DNA of 64,000 nt from Alphaproteobacteria bacterium (lineage in GTDB: Bacteria > Pseudomonadota > Alphaproteobacteria > GCA-2731375): assembly GCA_965232515.1 (NCBI GenBank), contig CBDDPY010000002.1:160001-224000 (forward strand). Reading direction: 5' to 3'. Positions within the stretch are counted from its first letter, which is position 1, and every line of letters starts with the position of its first letter. Positions 10,016-21,399 of this stretch are shown in pieces. A model generated the notes under the pieces. It made no database searches and was not told the DNA's origin. It saw only the letters and a program-made list of their open reading frames with translations. The position numbers and the translations under genes were made by a program.

Positions 10016-10957
10016 ATGAGCCACGATGTCGCCTGTGTCGGCTTGATGATCCTCGATGTCCTCGGACGGCCGGTTGAACGCATCCCGGACGGCGGCAACG
10101 TCGAATTCATCGACGAGATCCGGCTGACCGTCGCCGGGACGGCCGGCGGCACGGTGATCGACTGCGCCAAGCTGGGCCTGAAGTCGCTGGCCGTCGGGGC
10201 GGTCGGCGACGACGAGAAGGGCGACTTCGTCCTCGATACCTACAAGCGCTTCGGCATCGACACCTGGGCCATGCGGCGGGTCGACAACGCGCCGACCTCG
10301 GCGACGATCCTGAACGTGCGGCCGAACGGCGACCGGCCCGCCCTGCACGTGCGCGGCGCCTCCGATCACATGTGGGTCGACGAGGCGGACTACGACCGCA
10401 TCTGTGCCGGGCCCTATCTGCACATGGGCGGCACGGGCCTGCTGAACCGCATCGACGGCGCGCCGACGGCCGCATTGCTGAAAGCGGCGAAGGCGCGCGG
10501 CTGCACCACGACATTCGACCTGATCGCGCCCGGCGATGGGATCCTGGCGCTGGTCGAACCCTGCCTGCCCTATGTCGACTATTTCATGCCGAGCATGGAG
10601 GAAGCCGCCGAGATCAGCGGCCGTGACGATCCGACCGAGATCGCCGCGTTCTTTCGCGACCGCGGCGCCACCACCTGCATCTTCAAGTGGGGCGAGAAGG
10701 GTTCGTTCCTGGCGACGCCCGACGGCAGCCAGCGCATCCCGGCCTTCAAGGTCGAGGTGACGGACACGACCGGTTGCGGCGACGCCTACTGCGCCGGCTT
10801 CATCGCCGGCCTGGCCCAGGGCTGGGACATCGAGAAGGCCTGCCGCCTCGGCACGGCGGCGTCCGGCCTGGTCGCCACCGGCCTTGGCTCGGATGCCGGC
10901 ATCGTCAACCTCGACCGGACGGTCGAGGTGATGGAGACCGCCCCGACATTGCCTTAG
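10016..10957 (+). CDS. PfkB/ribokinase-family carbohydrate kinase
   Basis: AGTAGGT..GAVGDD and DTTGCGDAYCAGF PfkB signatures; start MSHDV at 10016. Confidence 0.92.
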   Translation: MSHDVACVGLMILDVLGRPVERIPDGGNVEFIDEIRLTVAGTAGGTVIDCAKLGLKSLAVGAVGDDEKGDFVLDTYKRFGIDTWAMRRVDNAPTSATILNVRPNGDRPALHVRGASDHMWVDEADYDRICAGPYLHMGGTGLLNRIDGAPTAALLKAAKARGCTTTFDLIAPGDGILALVEPCLPYVDYFMPSMEEAAEISGRDDPTEIAAFFRDRGATTCIFKWGEKGSFLATPDGSQRIPAFKVEVTDTTGCGDAYCAGFIAGLAQGWDIEKACRLGTAASGLVATGLGSDAGIVNLDRTVEVMETAPTLP

Positions 10958-11011
10958 CGGCGGTCATAGGTTCACGACACCCGTCCTTCAACGGGACGGC
11001 CTCTTGCCTGA

Positions 11012-11096
11012 ATTACCGGGTCAAGCCCGGTAATGACGAAAGGGGGCACTTCATAAGCCCAATCCGTCATGCCCGGGCCTTGACCCGGGCATCCAG
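11012..11096. repeat. Inverted pair of REP-like palindromic elements
   Basis: 11012-11038 attaccgggtcaagcccggtaatgacg is approximately the reverse complement of 11065-11096 cgtcatgcccgggccttgacccgggcatccag; each is a hairpin; lies between convergent genes. Confidence 0.75.
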
Positions 11097-11142
11097 GGCA
11101 ACCAGATACCGACGTCTCCGGACCAGCGTTGCAGCTGGGTCG

Positions 11143-12420
11143 CTATTCCGCCGCCACCTGCGCCGCTGCGCGCTCGGCTGATGGGCGCTTGTGGAAGGCG
11201 CCGTCCTTCATGATCGCGATCAAGTTGTCGGCGTCCTGCAGGATCGTCACGTCCGCCAGCGGGTTGCCGTCGACCAACAGGACGTCGGCGAGATAGCCCT
11301 CCTGGATCTGGCCGAGCTCGTCGCCCATCATCATGATCTCGCCGCCATGCTTGGTCGCCGCCACGATGGCTTCCATGGGCGTGAACTCGAGGTATTTCAC
11401 GAAGTGCTCGAGGTCGCGGGCGTTGTTGCCGACCGGGTTCCAGGCGAAGCCGTAATCGCCGCCCGGCAGCACGCGGACGCCGCGCTGGCGCAGCTGCTTC
11501 ATGTTCTCGACCGCCATGCCGAGCTCGCGGCGCAGGCCGAGGTCGGTGGCGACCTCCTCGGTGATGCCCCAGTCGCCGGCCTCGTAGAGGGTGGTGATGG
11601 TGATGCCGATCGTCGGCGACACGAACACCCGATCCTTCGCGGCCTCGAGTGCGTCCAGCGCCTCCTCGTCGCACATGGTCGCGTGATAGATGATCTGGGC
11701 GCCGTGCTTCAGACAGAGCTTCACCGACTCGGCGCTGCGGCAATGGCCGGCGATGCGCTTGTCGCGGCTGTGCCCGACCTCGCAGACGGCCGCGATCTCG
11801 GCCTCATTCATCACGGTCTGATGCGCGCGCGCCACCGGCACAAACTCGTCGCCTGACGGATTGATCTTCAGCGTGTCGACGCCTTCGCGCACCATCTCGC
11901 GCGCCGTCCGGCGGAACTCATCGGGCCCGTCGCAGACGAGAGCGAAGGTATCGCGGTGCATGTGCCAGAGCCGCACGTCGCCGAGGCCGCCTGAGACCGT
12001 CAGCTCAGGCGTTGCCGCCAAGGTCCGTGGCCCCGGAATGTCGCCGGCGTCGATGGCGTTGCGGATGACGACGTCCAAACGCGGTTTCGCCGCCGCCGCG
12101 CTGTTGCAGCTGGTGAAGCCCTGATCAAGCATCAGCTTGGCGTGCTTCATGGTCAGCAGCGTGTGTTCCTCGGCCGGTATCGCGCCGAGCGATTCCAGGT
12201 CGGACGTGTTCGCGAACGACAGGTGCGAGTGCGACTCGACCAGTCCCGGCATCAAGGTCGCGCCGCCGCCGTCGACGACCTCGCCGCTGTCGCGCGGCAG
12301 GCTCTCGCCGTCCTTGGCGATCTTCTGAATGCGGTTGCCGTCGACCAGCACCTCGCCGGTATAGGGATCGGCGCCGCTGCCGTCGAGAATGCTGACATTG
12401 GTGAAAAGGGTGCGGCCCAT
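11143..12420 (-). CDS. Metal-dependent amidohydrolase (Xaa-Pro dipeptidase/prolidase-like TIM barrel)
   Basis: TLMPGLVESHSHL (HxH), LKI, GHC, IYH, GGDYG, GYLADVLLVDGNPL; start MGRTLF. Confidence 0.9.
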   Translation of the reverse strand: MGRTLFTNVSILDGSGADPYTGEVLVDGNRIQKIAKDGESLPRDSGEVVDGGGATLMPGLVESHSHLSFANTSDLESLGAIPAEEHTLLTMKHAKLMLDQGFTSCNSAAAAKPRLDVVIRNAIDAGDIPGPRTLAATPELTVSGGLGDVRLWHMHRDTFALVCDGPDEFRRTAREMVREGVDTLKINPSGDEFVPVARAHQTVMNEAEIAAVCEVGHSRDKRIAGHCRSAESVKLCLKHGAQIIYHATMCDEEALDALEAAKDRVFVSPTIGITITTLYEAGDWGITEEVATDLGLRRELGMAVENMKQLRQRGVRVLPGGDYGFAWNPVGNNARDLEHFVKYLEFTPMEAIVAATKHGGEIMMMGDELGQIQEGYLADVLLVDGNPLADVTILQDADNLIAIMKDGAFHKRPSAERAAAQVAAE

Positions 12421-12602
12421 CGCTGTATCCTCCCGTTGAACCTGGCGCAGATAACTGCTGAACTTATGATTATTGGCGTCAGTGTAGCGCCGATCCGGAC
12501 CCAGTTGAAGCTGGACCGCATGCCGCGGTCCGACACGCGTTTCCAGTGCGAGCCGCCGTCCGCGCGCATTCGATCGCGCGCCAGCCAAGGGAAGGAATCA
12601 CG

Positions 12603-13706
12603 ATGCAACTCGGCCTGTTCAGCATGCCCCTCCATCATCCCGACCGGGATTACCTTACCGTCCTGAAGGAGGATCAGGAGGCGGTCATTCTGGGCGACAA
12701 GCTGGGTTTTTCCGAGGCCTGGATCGGCGAGCATTTCAGCACCGCGCCCGAGGGCATCACCTCGCCCTTCGTCTTCCTGGCGTCCGTGATCGAGCGCACC
12801 AAGAACATCCGCCTCGGCACCGGCGTCATCAACCTGCCGCAGCAGCACCCGGCGATCGTCGCGGGCCTCGCGGCCATGTTCGACCAGTTGAGCGAAGGCC
12901 GGCTGATGTTCGGCATCGGGCCGGGCGGCCTGCCGAGCGACTTCGAGCTGTTCAAGAATACCGACGCCGCCGAGCGGCCGAAGATGATGGCCGAGTCCAT
13001 CGACATGATCCTGCAGATCTGGGCACAGGATCCGCCTTACGAGATCAAGGGCGATTATTGGGACATCTCGTTGACGGAGGCGATCTGGCCGGAGCTCGGC
13101 GTCGGCCGCATGGCGAAGCCCTATCAGAAGCCGCACCCGCCGATCGCGGCCTCGATCATGAGCCCGTTCTCCAGCAGCGCCCGCCGCGCGGCGGAACGCG
13201 GATGGATCCCGGTCTCGGCCAATTTCATTCCCGCCAACAACGTCGCCAGCCACTGGCAGGTCTATGCCGAGACCTGCGAGCAGGCGGGCCGTGCGGCCGA
13301 CCCGTCGATCTGGCGCGTCGCGCGCAGCATCCTGGTGACCGAAAGCGACGCTCAGGCCGAGGACTACGTGAACCAACCCGACGGCGTCTTCAATTTCTAC
13401 TTCACCTATCTCCTGACGCTGCTGAAGGCGGGCGGCGCGCTGGCGCTGTTCAAGACCGATCCCGACATGTCGGACGACGACATCACCGTCGAGAGTGCGA
13501 TCGCCGAGATGGTGATTGCCGGCAGCCCGAAGACCGTCCTCGACAAGCTGATGGCGTTCCGCGAGGCCGTCGGCGACTTCGGCACGTTGCTGATGACCGG
13601 CCACGACTGGGATGACGCGGCGCTGTGGCGGCGGTCGATGGAGCTGCTGGCGACCGACGTGGTGCCCCGCATGGGCGACAGCGGAGCAAGCCGCGCGGCG
13701 GAGTGA
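12603..13706 (+). CDS. Luciferase-like (LLM) flavin-dependent monooxygenase
   Basis: LGFSEAWIGEH, IRLGTGVINLP, GRLMFGIGPG, KPYQKPHPP. Confidence 0.92.
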   Translation: MQLGLFSMPLHHPDRDYLTVLKEDQEAVILGDKLGFSEAWIGEHFSTAPEGITSPFVFLASVIERTKNIRLGTGVINLPQQHPAIVAGLAAMFDQLSEGRLMFGIGPGGLPSDFELFKNTDAAERPKMMAESIDMILQIWAQDPPYEIKGDYWDISLTEAIWPELGVGRMAKPYQKPHPPIAASIMSPFSSSARRAAERGWIPVSANFIPANNVASHWQVYAETCEQAGRAADPSIWRVARSILVTESDAQAEDYVNQPDGVFNFYFTYLLTLLKAGGALALFKTDPDMSDDDITVESAIAEMVIAGSPKTVLDKLMAFREAVGDFGTLLMTGHDWDDAALWRRSMELLATDVVPRMGDSGASRAAE

Positions 13707-13774
13707 CACGGCCTGGCGTTTTCGTGCTAGACGAACACGTAAGCCAAGAATGAGCTGTTGGGAGGCGTAACGCC

Positions 13775-14586
13775 ATGCATCGGGTACTGATTACGGGCGC
13801 GGCCGGCGATATCGGCGGCCGCATGCGGGAGCTGCTGCGCGGTGTTTATCCCGTGCTCCGGCTGTCGGACATCAAGGACGTCGGCCCGGCGGGCGACGGC
13901 GAGGAGGTGGACCAGACCGATGTCCGCGATTTCGCCGCCGTCGAAAAGATGATGCAGGGCGTCGACGGCGTCTTCCACCTCGGCGGCATTCCCATCGAGG
14001 ACAGCTGGGAGAACATCCTGCCGAATAATATTGTCGGCGTTTACAACGTCTTCGAGGCGGCCCGGCGGCAGGGCGTGAAGCGTGTCGTCTTCGCCAGCTC
14101 CAACCACGCCATCGGCTTCTATCCGCGCAACCGCCGGATCGACCACGACAATCACGTGCGCCCCGACAGCCGCTACGGCCTGTCGAAGGCGTTCGGCGAG
14201 GCCATCGGTTCGCTCTACGCCGACAAGTACGGCCTGCGCGTGATGTGCATCCGCATCGGCAACGCGGCGGATGAACCAGCCAACAAGCGGCGTTTGAGCA
14301 TCTGGATCAAATACGGCGATCTGGCCCAGCTTGTGCGCATCGGGCTGGAGCATCCGGAACTGCACTACGAGATCGTCTACGGCGCCTCCGACAACGAGCT
14401 GAGCTGGTGGGACAACGCGGCGGCCTACCGCCTCGGCTACAAGCCCGAGGGCGTGGCCGAAGAGCATCGCCAGGCCGCCATGGCGCGCGAAGCCGAGGCG
14501 CCGGAAGGCGACCTCGCCGACATGTTCATGGGCGGGCCGTTCTGCGCCGACGAATTTGCCGGCGACCTGGCGCGGGCGCTGAAGCC

Positions 14587-14590
<4 letters not shown>
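13775..14590 (+). CDS. NAD-dependent epimerase/dehydratase, uronate dehydrogenase-like
   Basis: TGAAGDIG, FASSNHAIGFY, PDSRYGLSKAFGE, CIRIG; coupled to a sugar-acid dehydratase. Confidence 0.82.
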
Positions 14591-16314
<1,724 letters not shown>

Positions 16315-16331
16315 GGCGTGGCGCAACGGCC

Positions 16332-17582
16332 TTAGGTCAAGGTCGTCGCCAACTGCGCCAATCCCAGCGGGACGGACAGAAGATCGTCGGCGCTGCCGAC
16401 CATAGGGGCGGCTGGCGCTGCCCGTCCGATTGCGGCGCTGACGGCTGGCACGCGGCTCGAACCGCCGGTGAGAAAGATCGCATCGATATCGGTCGGAGTA
16501 AGGCCCGCCGCCGCGACGCATGCGCTCGCCGTCTCGCGCAGCCGATACGTCATGGCGTCGATGGCACGGTCGAACTCGGCGCGCGTCGCAGGCGCCGAGA
16601 GGCCGGCCTCGAGAAACGCGAGAGGCATGGACGTACAGTCCTCGGCGCTCAAGGCGATTTTGGCGCTCTCTACCGCGAACGCCAGGCGATGGCCGAGCCG
16701 TTGGCGCACAACGTGGAGAAGGCGTTTCACTTTTTCCGGCTCGCGCGCCTGAGAGACCAGCCTTGCGAGTTCGCGCTCATTCTTGTGGGTATAGGCGAAG
16801 TTGACCGTCGCCCAGTGCGCAAGCTCGTTATAGGGCGAGATCGGCATCGGCAGCTCTTTCTCGTTAAGCCGAGTGCCAAGGCCAAGCAGTGGCATCACCG
16901 CCTTGAGGCTGAGGGCCGTGTCGAAGTCGGTGCCGCCCAGGCGCACGCCGGCGGTCGCGAGCACGTCTTGTTCGCGATCGGCGCGGTCGCGCACCGGCGG
17001 ACTGACACGGACGATTGAAAAGTCGCTTGTGCCGCCGCCGATGTCGGCGACGAGCACGAGTTCCTCTCGCTCTACCGTCTGTTCGTAGCGTTGGACGGCC
17101 GCGATCGGCTCATACACGAAGACGATGTCGCGAAAGCCCGCCTGTCTGGCAATGCCTTCGAGCACCTCCTGGGCTCGCGCGTCAGCCCGGTCATCGTCGT
17201 CGAAGCGCACCTGCCGGCCATGCACGACAGCCGTGATTTCCTGTCCGGCGAACGCTTCGGCCCTGTGCTTCAGATGCCGCACGAATATCTCGACGACCTT
17301 CGTGAGCGGCAGTCCGCGGCCGCCGACGCCGGCTTTCTCGTCAATCAGGCTAGAGCCCAGGATCGACTTCAGCGCCCGCATCAGTCGGCCATCGATCTGC
17401 GCGACATAGGCGGCGATGGCCTCATTGCCGAACAGCACGCGATTTTCTGTTTCGTCGTCGAAAAAGATTGCGCTCGGTATCAAGGTGCTCTTCGCCTCGA
17501 CCGGCGCCAACGCGGCGGTCCCGTTACAGGCGATGCCGATCGCCGAGTTCGACGTCCCGAAATCCAATCCGCAAGCGATCAT
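16332..17582 (-). CDS. yegD: Hsp70-family protein, YegD-like (NBD only)
   Basis: GLDFGTSNS, GRLMRALKSILG, YEPIAA, DIGGGTSDFS, GGTDFD, FLTGGSS. Confidence 0.85.
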   Translation of the reverse strand: MIACGLDFGTSNSAIGIACNGTAALAPVEAKSTLIPSAIFFDDETENRVLFGNEAIAAYVAQIDGRLMRALKSILGSSLIDEKAGVGGRGLPLTKVVEIFVRHLKHRAEAFAGQEITAVVHGRQVRFDDDDRADARAQEVLEGIARQAGFRDIVFVYEPIAAVQRYEQTVEREELVLVADIGGGTSDFSIVRVSPPVRDRADREQDVLATAGVRLGGTDFDTALSLKAVMPLLGLGTRLNEKELPMPISPYNELAHWATVNFAYTHKNERELARLVSQAREPEKVKRLLHVVRQRLGHRLAFAVESAKIALSAEDCTSMPLAFLEAGLSAPATRAEFDRAIDAMTYRLRETASACVAAAGLTPTDIDAIFLTGGSSRVPAVSAAIGRAAPAAPMVGSADDLLSVPLGLAQLATTLT

Positions 17583-17817
17583 CACGGTCCCCTTTCAAAT
17601 TCGAAGGGGATCTCATTTATTGCGATATGGAAGGCGTTGCCAGACTGTTTCTTTTTCCCTAAACTCCGTCACGACAGGGGCATGCGCGGCAATCGCGCAC
17701 GCCCTTTTTTGTGGACGCGATCTAAGCGTTACCGGCGAACGTCCCCGCCATTCCGCGACCCCGCCGCGCGGAAACCGCTTCCGGCGACATCAGGCATTTT
17801 GGGTCAGTCGCAATGGA

Positions 17818-18075
17818 CTGGCACCGGACGGCTGCATCATCAAGCCGAGCGCGGCCAGCGACGAATTGCTGAAGCACACCGGGCGCGCCGTCGTGTTCCG
17901 CGACTACAACGACATGGCTGCACGGCTCGACGCCGACGACCTCCACGTCACGCCGGACTCGATGCTGGTGCTGCAGAACTGCGGGCCGCTCGGCGGACCG
18001 TGCATGCCGGAATGGGGCATGCTGCTGATCCCGAAGAAGCTCCTGAAGCAAGGCGTGCGCGAAGATGGTTCGAAT
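17818..18075 (+). pseudogene. Decayed internal fragment of the IlvD/Edd dehydratase (second copy of about 15742-15995)
   Basis: LAPDGCIIKPSAASDELLKHTG..GGPCMPEWGMLLIPKKLLKQGVR matches the upstream gene; frame lost after QGVR; no 5' or 3' part. Confidence 0.9.
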
Positions 18076-18315
18076 AAGGTCGGGTCATGCAAGCTGGCCT
18101 CCGATGCCAGCAACCAGCTTGAACCACATCTCAACCCTTCCGGGAATCTCCTTTCAATTCCATCAAGACCGGAAACGCTCTGGTAGCGGCATTAGAGTGC
18201 CAATTGATGAAATGTTATCTCGTGCAGATAGGTGAGCTTTATGCCCATGATTGTTGTGGTCCTATGTACTCAATCCCTTTTTATGTTGCTACTAGCTCGC
18301 AGATTTCGCCATACT

Positions 18316-18882
18316 TCACACGGTTGCATTCACCAATTCCTGAATGCCACTGCTTCGCTCCTCTCGAAGGTCGATGTATCTAAGCCCTCGCAAGTCGTAT
18401 GGCATCTCGCCGTCTGATACCAGAACTGGAATTATCCGCAATCCCTTTGCCCGTGCGATTTCGAGCTCCAGGTCCAAGCTCGGCGTTGCCTGTTTAGACA
18501 ATAAGGCAACGAATGCATCTGACTGATCAATACCCTTCTTGATAGTGTTAAGAATGGGCTGGCCTGGTTCGAGCCTCTCCTGATCCAACCATACGCGTGC
18601 GCCACTCGAACGAAGTGCTTCGGCGATTTCATGTGCAATCGCCTCATCGGTATGCGAATAAGAAACAAAAACACGTCGAGAGAGCCTAAGCTTCATCGCT
18701 AAGCGACTAAGCGTCATGCTAAACACGCCGGCCAAGACGCCCACGGCTAGCGAGAATATCGAAATAAACAACTCGGATACTCCGAGACTCTTTCCAAGTA
18801 TGGCGAGAATAGCCGCTCCCGACGCAACGGTTCCGAGTACCGCAAGAACGGCGGTTGTGCGTGTAATGATCTGGCGGTTCAT
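18316..18882 (-). CDS. TIR-domain protein with two N-terminal TM helices
   Basis: RVFVSYSHTD, VWLD, LEPGQ, SDAFVALLS, ELEIA (candidate catalytic Glu), IIPVLV, LRYIDL are TIR_2-type motifs; hydrophobic residues about 10-58. Confidence 0.88.
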   Translation of the reverse strand: MNRQIITRTTAVLAVLGTVASGAAILAILGKSLGVSELFISIFSLAVGVLAGVFSMTLSRLAMKLRLSRRVFVSYSHTDEAIAHEIAEALRSSGARVWLDQERLEPGQPILNTIKKGIDQSDAFVALLSKQATPSLDLELEIARAKGLRIIPVLVSDGEMPYDLRGLRYIDLREERSSGIQELVNATV

Positions 18883-19364
18883 TGCGTTGCTCCCGCCATT
18901 ACGGCTATCAGAGCCAAAATGCCAAAGCCGAGGGGGATCGCAATTCCGACCACGGCAGTCATCTCAGTCTCAGTCTTCCAACCCCACTTACGAACCACAG
19001 TGGACACGCTCCAAAGACCAATGAACAAGAGCGCTATCAACCAGCCGGCTAAAGCCAACCTGCCCGACAAGAGCTGCACTTGCCCTTGTAGAGTTGCAAC
19101 TCTTGCTGAATCGATTGGGATGGCTGCTACGACTTCCGCCAGCTCGTGGTTGGCATCGATGAGAGCCAGGGCCCTGTCGGTCGTAAGGACTACGAACATC
19201 AGGCCAGCGGTGAGCATCAACTCAAGTCCCACGGCGATGTCTTCCTTTCGGAAGGACGTGTACCTATCGTTTCGAGTAGCACATTTCACCGCGATCCCGA
19301 GTGCTGCACTGCCGACGGGGAAAGCTGCGTACCTAAAGAAGGGACTTGCTAGGAATTCTTCCAT
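18879..19364 (-). CDS. Hypothetical membrane protein (about 4 TM), translationally coupled to the TIR gene
   Basis: 161 aa with four hydrophobic segments; stop overlaps the TIR start (ATGA at 18879-18882). Confidence 0.75.
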   Translation of the reverse strand: MEEFLASPFFRYAAFPVGSAALGIAVKCATRNDRYTSFRKEDIAVGLELMLTAGLMFVVLTTDRALALIDANHELAEVVAAIPIDSARVATLQGQVQLLSGRLALAGWLIALLFIGLWSVSTVVRKWGWKTETEMTAVVGIAIPLGFGILALIAVMAGATQ

Positions 19365-19747
19365 GTCAGGCTCGGCGGAAATGCGACACTGCGATCGACA
19401 TATAACATTGCCTGATCTTTACATCACCCGAATCGAATATTCCGAGTAACGCCGTGCTTGTACTCTACCAAATTTAGATTTTAGTGTATATCGGGTCGCG
19501 CCTCAATCTCTGAGGCTGCGCGCTATCCAACTTTTGCTTGGGGTTGTTAAGGCGGACTTATGTTGAGATTTGATGCCACTTTCAAATCTTAGTCTGAGGG
19601 TCGACAGTGTCATAGCCCGCTACAGATTGGCGCGAGCCGTTCCCCGTTAGAAACAGCGTTTAATGGCCGGAAGACCTCAAGCCGATGTTTGTCAACCGCA
19701 GAGAGTTGATGGAAGCTCGGTATCGGTGCAGCTCAATCATTGCCGTC

Positions 19748-21331
19748 TCACCCCGCGCTGACCTTGGCCCAGGGCGACATCACGAAGGAGGCGCCGCTGC
19801 TGCGGCCGGCGTTCATGTCGCGGCCGACGGCGTTGGGGCAGGCGTAGAGCGCGGGGTAGACGCCGTGGGTCGCCGGCTCGGCATTGAAGCGACTGCTCAG
19901 GGCCGCGATCACGTCGGTCGGTAGCGAGGCGTCGATGCTGACGAGGTCCGTCCCGCTGACGTCGACGCGGCCGGTGTGGAACGCGCCGTCCATGTCCATG
20001 CCGTAGTCGGTCAGGAACGAGACGAGCTGGAACACGGCCGGCAGGATGCGCCGGCCGCCCGAGCCGCCGACCGCGAAGCGGAAGCCGTCCCCGCGGTCGA
20101 CGATGGTCGGACACATGTTCGACAAGGGCCTGACGCCGGGACGGAGCGAATTCGGGCCGCCGGGCCGCGGGTCGAACCACATGATGCCGTTGTTCATCGT
20201 GATGCCGGTCTGCGGCAGCACCACCTTGGAGCCGAACACCGACAGCAGCGTCTGGGTCAACGCCACCAGATTGCCTTCCGCGTCGACCACGCTCAGATGC
20301 GTGGTGCAGGACGGATCGGCCGCGTCGCTGCTGTCGCCCATGGTCGCCAGGCGGTGCGCGTAGGCGTCGAGCAGGCTCTGCGCGTAGGCGGTGTAGGCAG
20401 CGGCGTCGGGCCTGTCGCCCAGACTCATTTTCTCGCTCAGCATGGTGAGTGCGTGCCTCAGCGTCGGGCCGGCCGACAGGCCCGGCGCGGCAAACACCGT
20501 GCCGTTGCCGTGGGCCATCGGATCGGCCTTGGTCACGCGGGCTTCGTAGGACGCGAGATCGTCGTCGGCGATCTTGTTGCCGCCGGCATTCAAGTCGGCG
20601 ACCAGCTTGGCGGCGATCTCGCCCTCGTAGAAATCGCGCGGACCGACGTTGGCCAGACGTTTCAGCGTCGCCGCGAGGTTCGTGAGCTGAATGCGGGGCA
20701 GGGGCCCGCCCCATTCGCCAACCGGCGGCACGCCATCCGGCAGATAGATCGATCGGCTGGCCTCGAACCGCGACAGCACCTGGGCGCCCGAGGCGATCTT
20801 CAGCGTCGCGTACCAGTCGACCGGCATACCGGCCTCGGCGCGCTCGATCGCCGGCGCCAGCGACTCGGCCCAGCTCCGCGTGCCGAAGGTTTCGAGCGCC
20901 AGCGAAATCCCGGCGACATAGCCCGGCACGGCGATCGACGGATAGCCGTTGACGTTGCGGTCCTCGACGACGGCCGGCCAGGCGAAAAGGTCCGAGGCCT
21001 GTCCGCCCGCCAGCGGATAGTCGGCCGGGTCGAGGCGCTTGGGCGCCACCATGCCGAACTCGACGGCATGGACATGCGGCTCGCCGACCTTGCCGATCAG
21101 CATGAAACCGCCGCCGCCGAGGCCGCTCATCCAGGGCTCGACCGTGCCGATCGCCAGGCTGGCCGCGACCGCCGCGTCGACCGCGTTGCCGCCGTCGGCC
21201 AGCACCCGCGCGCCAATATCCGACGCGATGTAGTGCTGGCTCGCGACCAGCCCGCCGGCCGACTCGACCGCCGATTTGCGAATGTTCCAGGTCTCCTGAT
21301 AGCGATCGGTGTCCACGCCCGCGCTCCCCAC
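19748..21331 (-). CDS. Gamma-glutamyltransferase family protein (no signal peptide)
   Basis: GGNAVDAAVA, SGLGGGGF, AVPG, CTTHLSVVD (Thr nucleophile), PLSNMCP, GGSGGRRI. Confidence 0.92.
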   Translation of the reverse strand: MGSAGVDTDRYQETWNIRKSAVESAGGLVASQHYIASDIGARVLADGGNAVDAAVAASLAIGTVEPWMSGLGGGGFMLIGKVGEPHVHAVEFGMVAPKRLDPADYPLAGGQASDLFAWPAVVEDRNVNGYPSIAVPGYVAGISLALETFGTRSWAESLAPAIERAEAGMPVDWYATLKIASGAQVLSRFEASRSIYLPDGVPPVGEWGGPLPRIQLTNLAATLKRLANVGPRDFYEGEIAAKLVADLNAGGNKIADDDLASYEARVTKADPMAHGNGTVFAAPGLSAGPTLRHALTMLSEKMSLGDRPDAAAYTAYAQSLLDAYAHRLATMGDSSDAADPSCTTHLSVVDAEGNLVALTQTLLSVFGSKVVLPQTGITMNNGIMWFDPRPGGPNSLRPGVRPLSNMCPTIVDRGDGFRFAVGGSGGRRILPAVFQLVSFLTDYGMDMDGAFHTGRVDVSGTDLVSIDASLPTDVIAALSSRFNAEPATHGVYPALYACPNAVGRDMNAGRSSGASFVMSPWAKVSAG

Positions 21332-21399
21332 TCAAATCATAGCTGCCCTTCTCATATCACAGGCTTCGCCGTTTGCGCTTCCGTGCTAATTTCGGCGCG

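Noticed and set aside
17416-18186. 256-aa ORF containing dehydratase sequence
   Set aside because: Only about 80 codons are homologous; the rest overlaps yegD antisense or is non-coding, so it is treated as a pseudogene fragment.
19365-19745. AT-rich non-coding stretch, considered as possible ncRNA, att site or IS end
   Set aside because: No tRNA, terminal inverted repeat, transposase remnant or convincing structure seen by eye; probably the promoter region of the TIR operon. An Rfam search would be needed to exclude an RNA.
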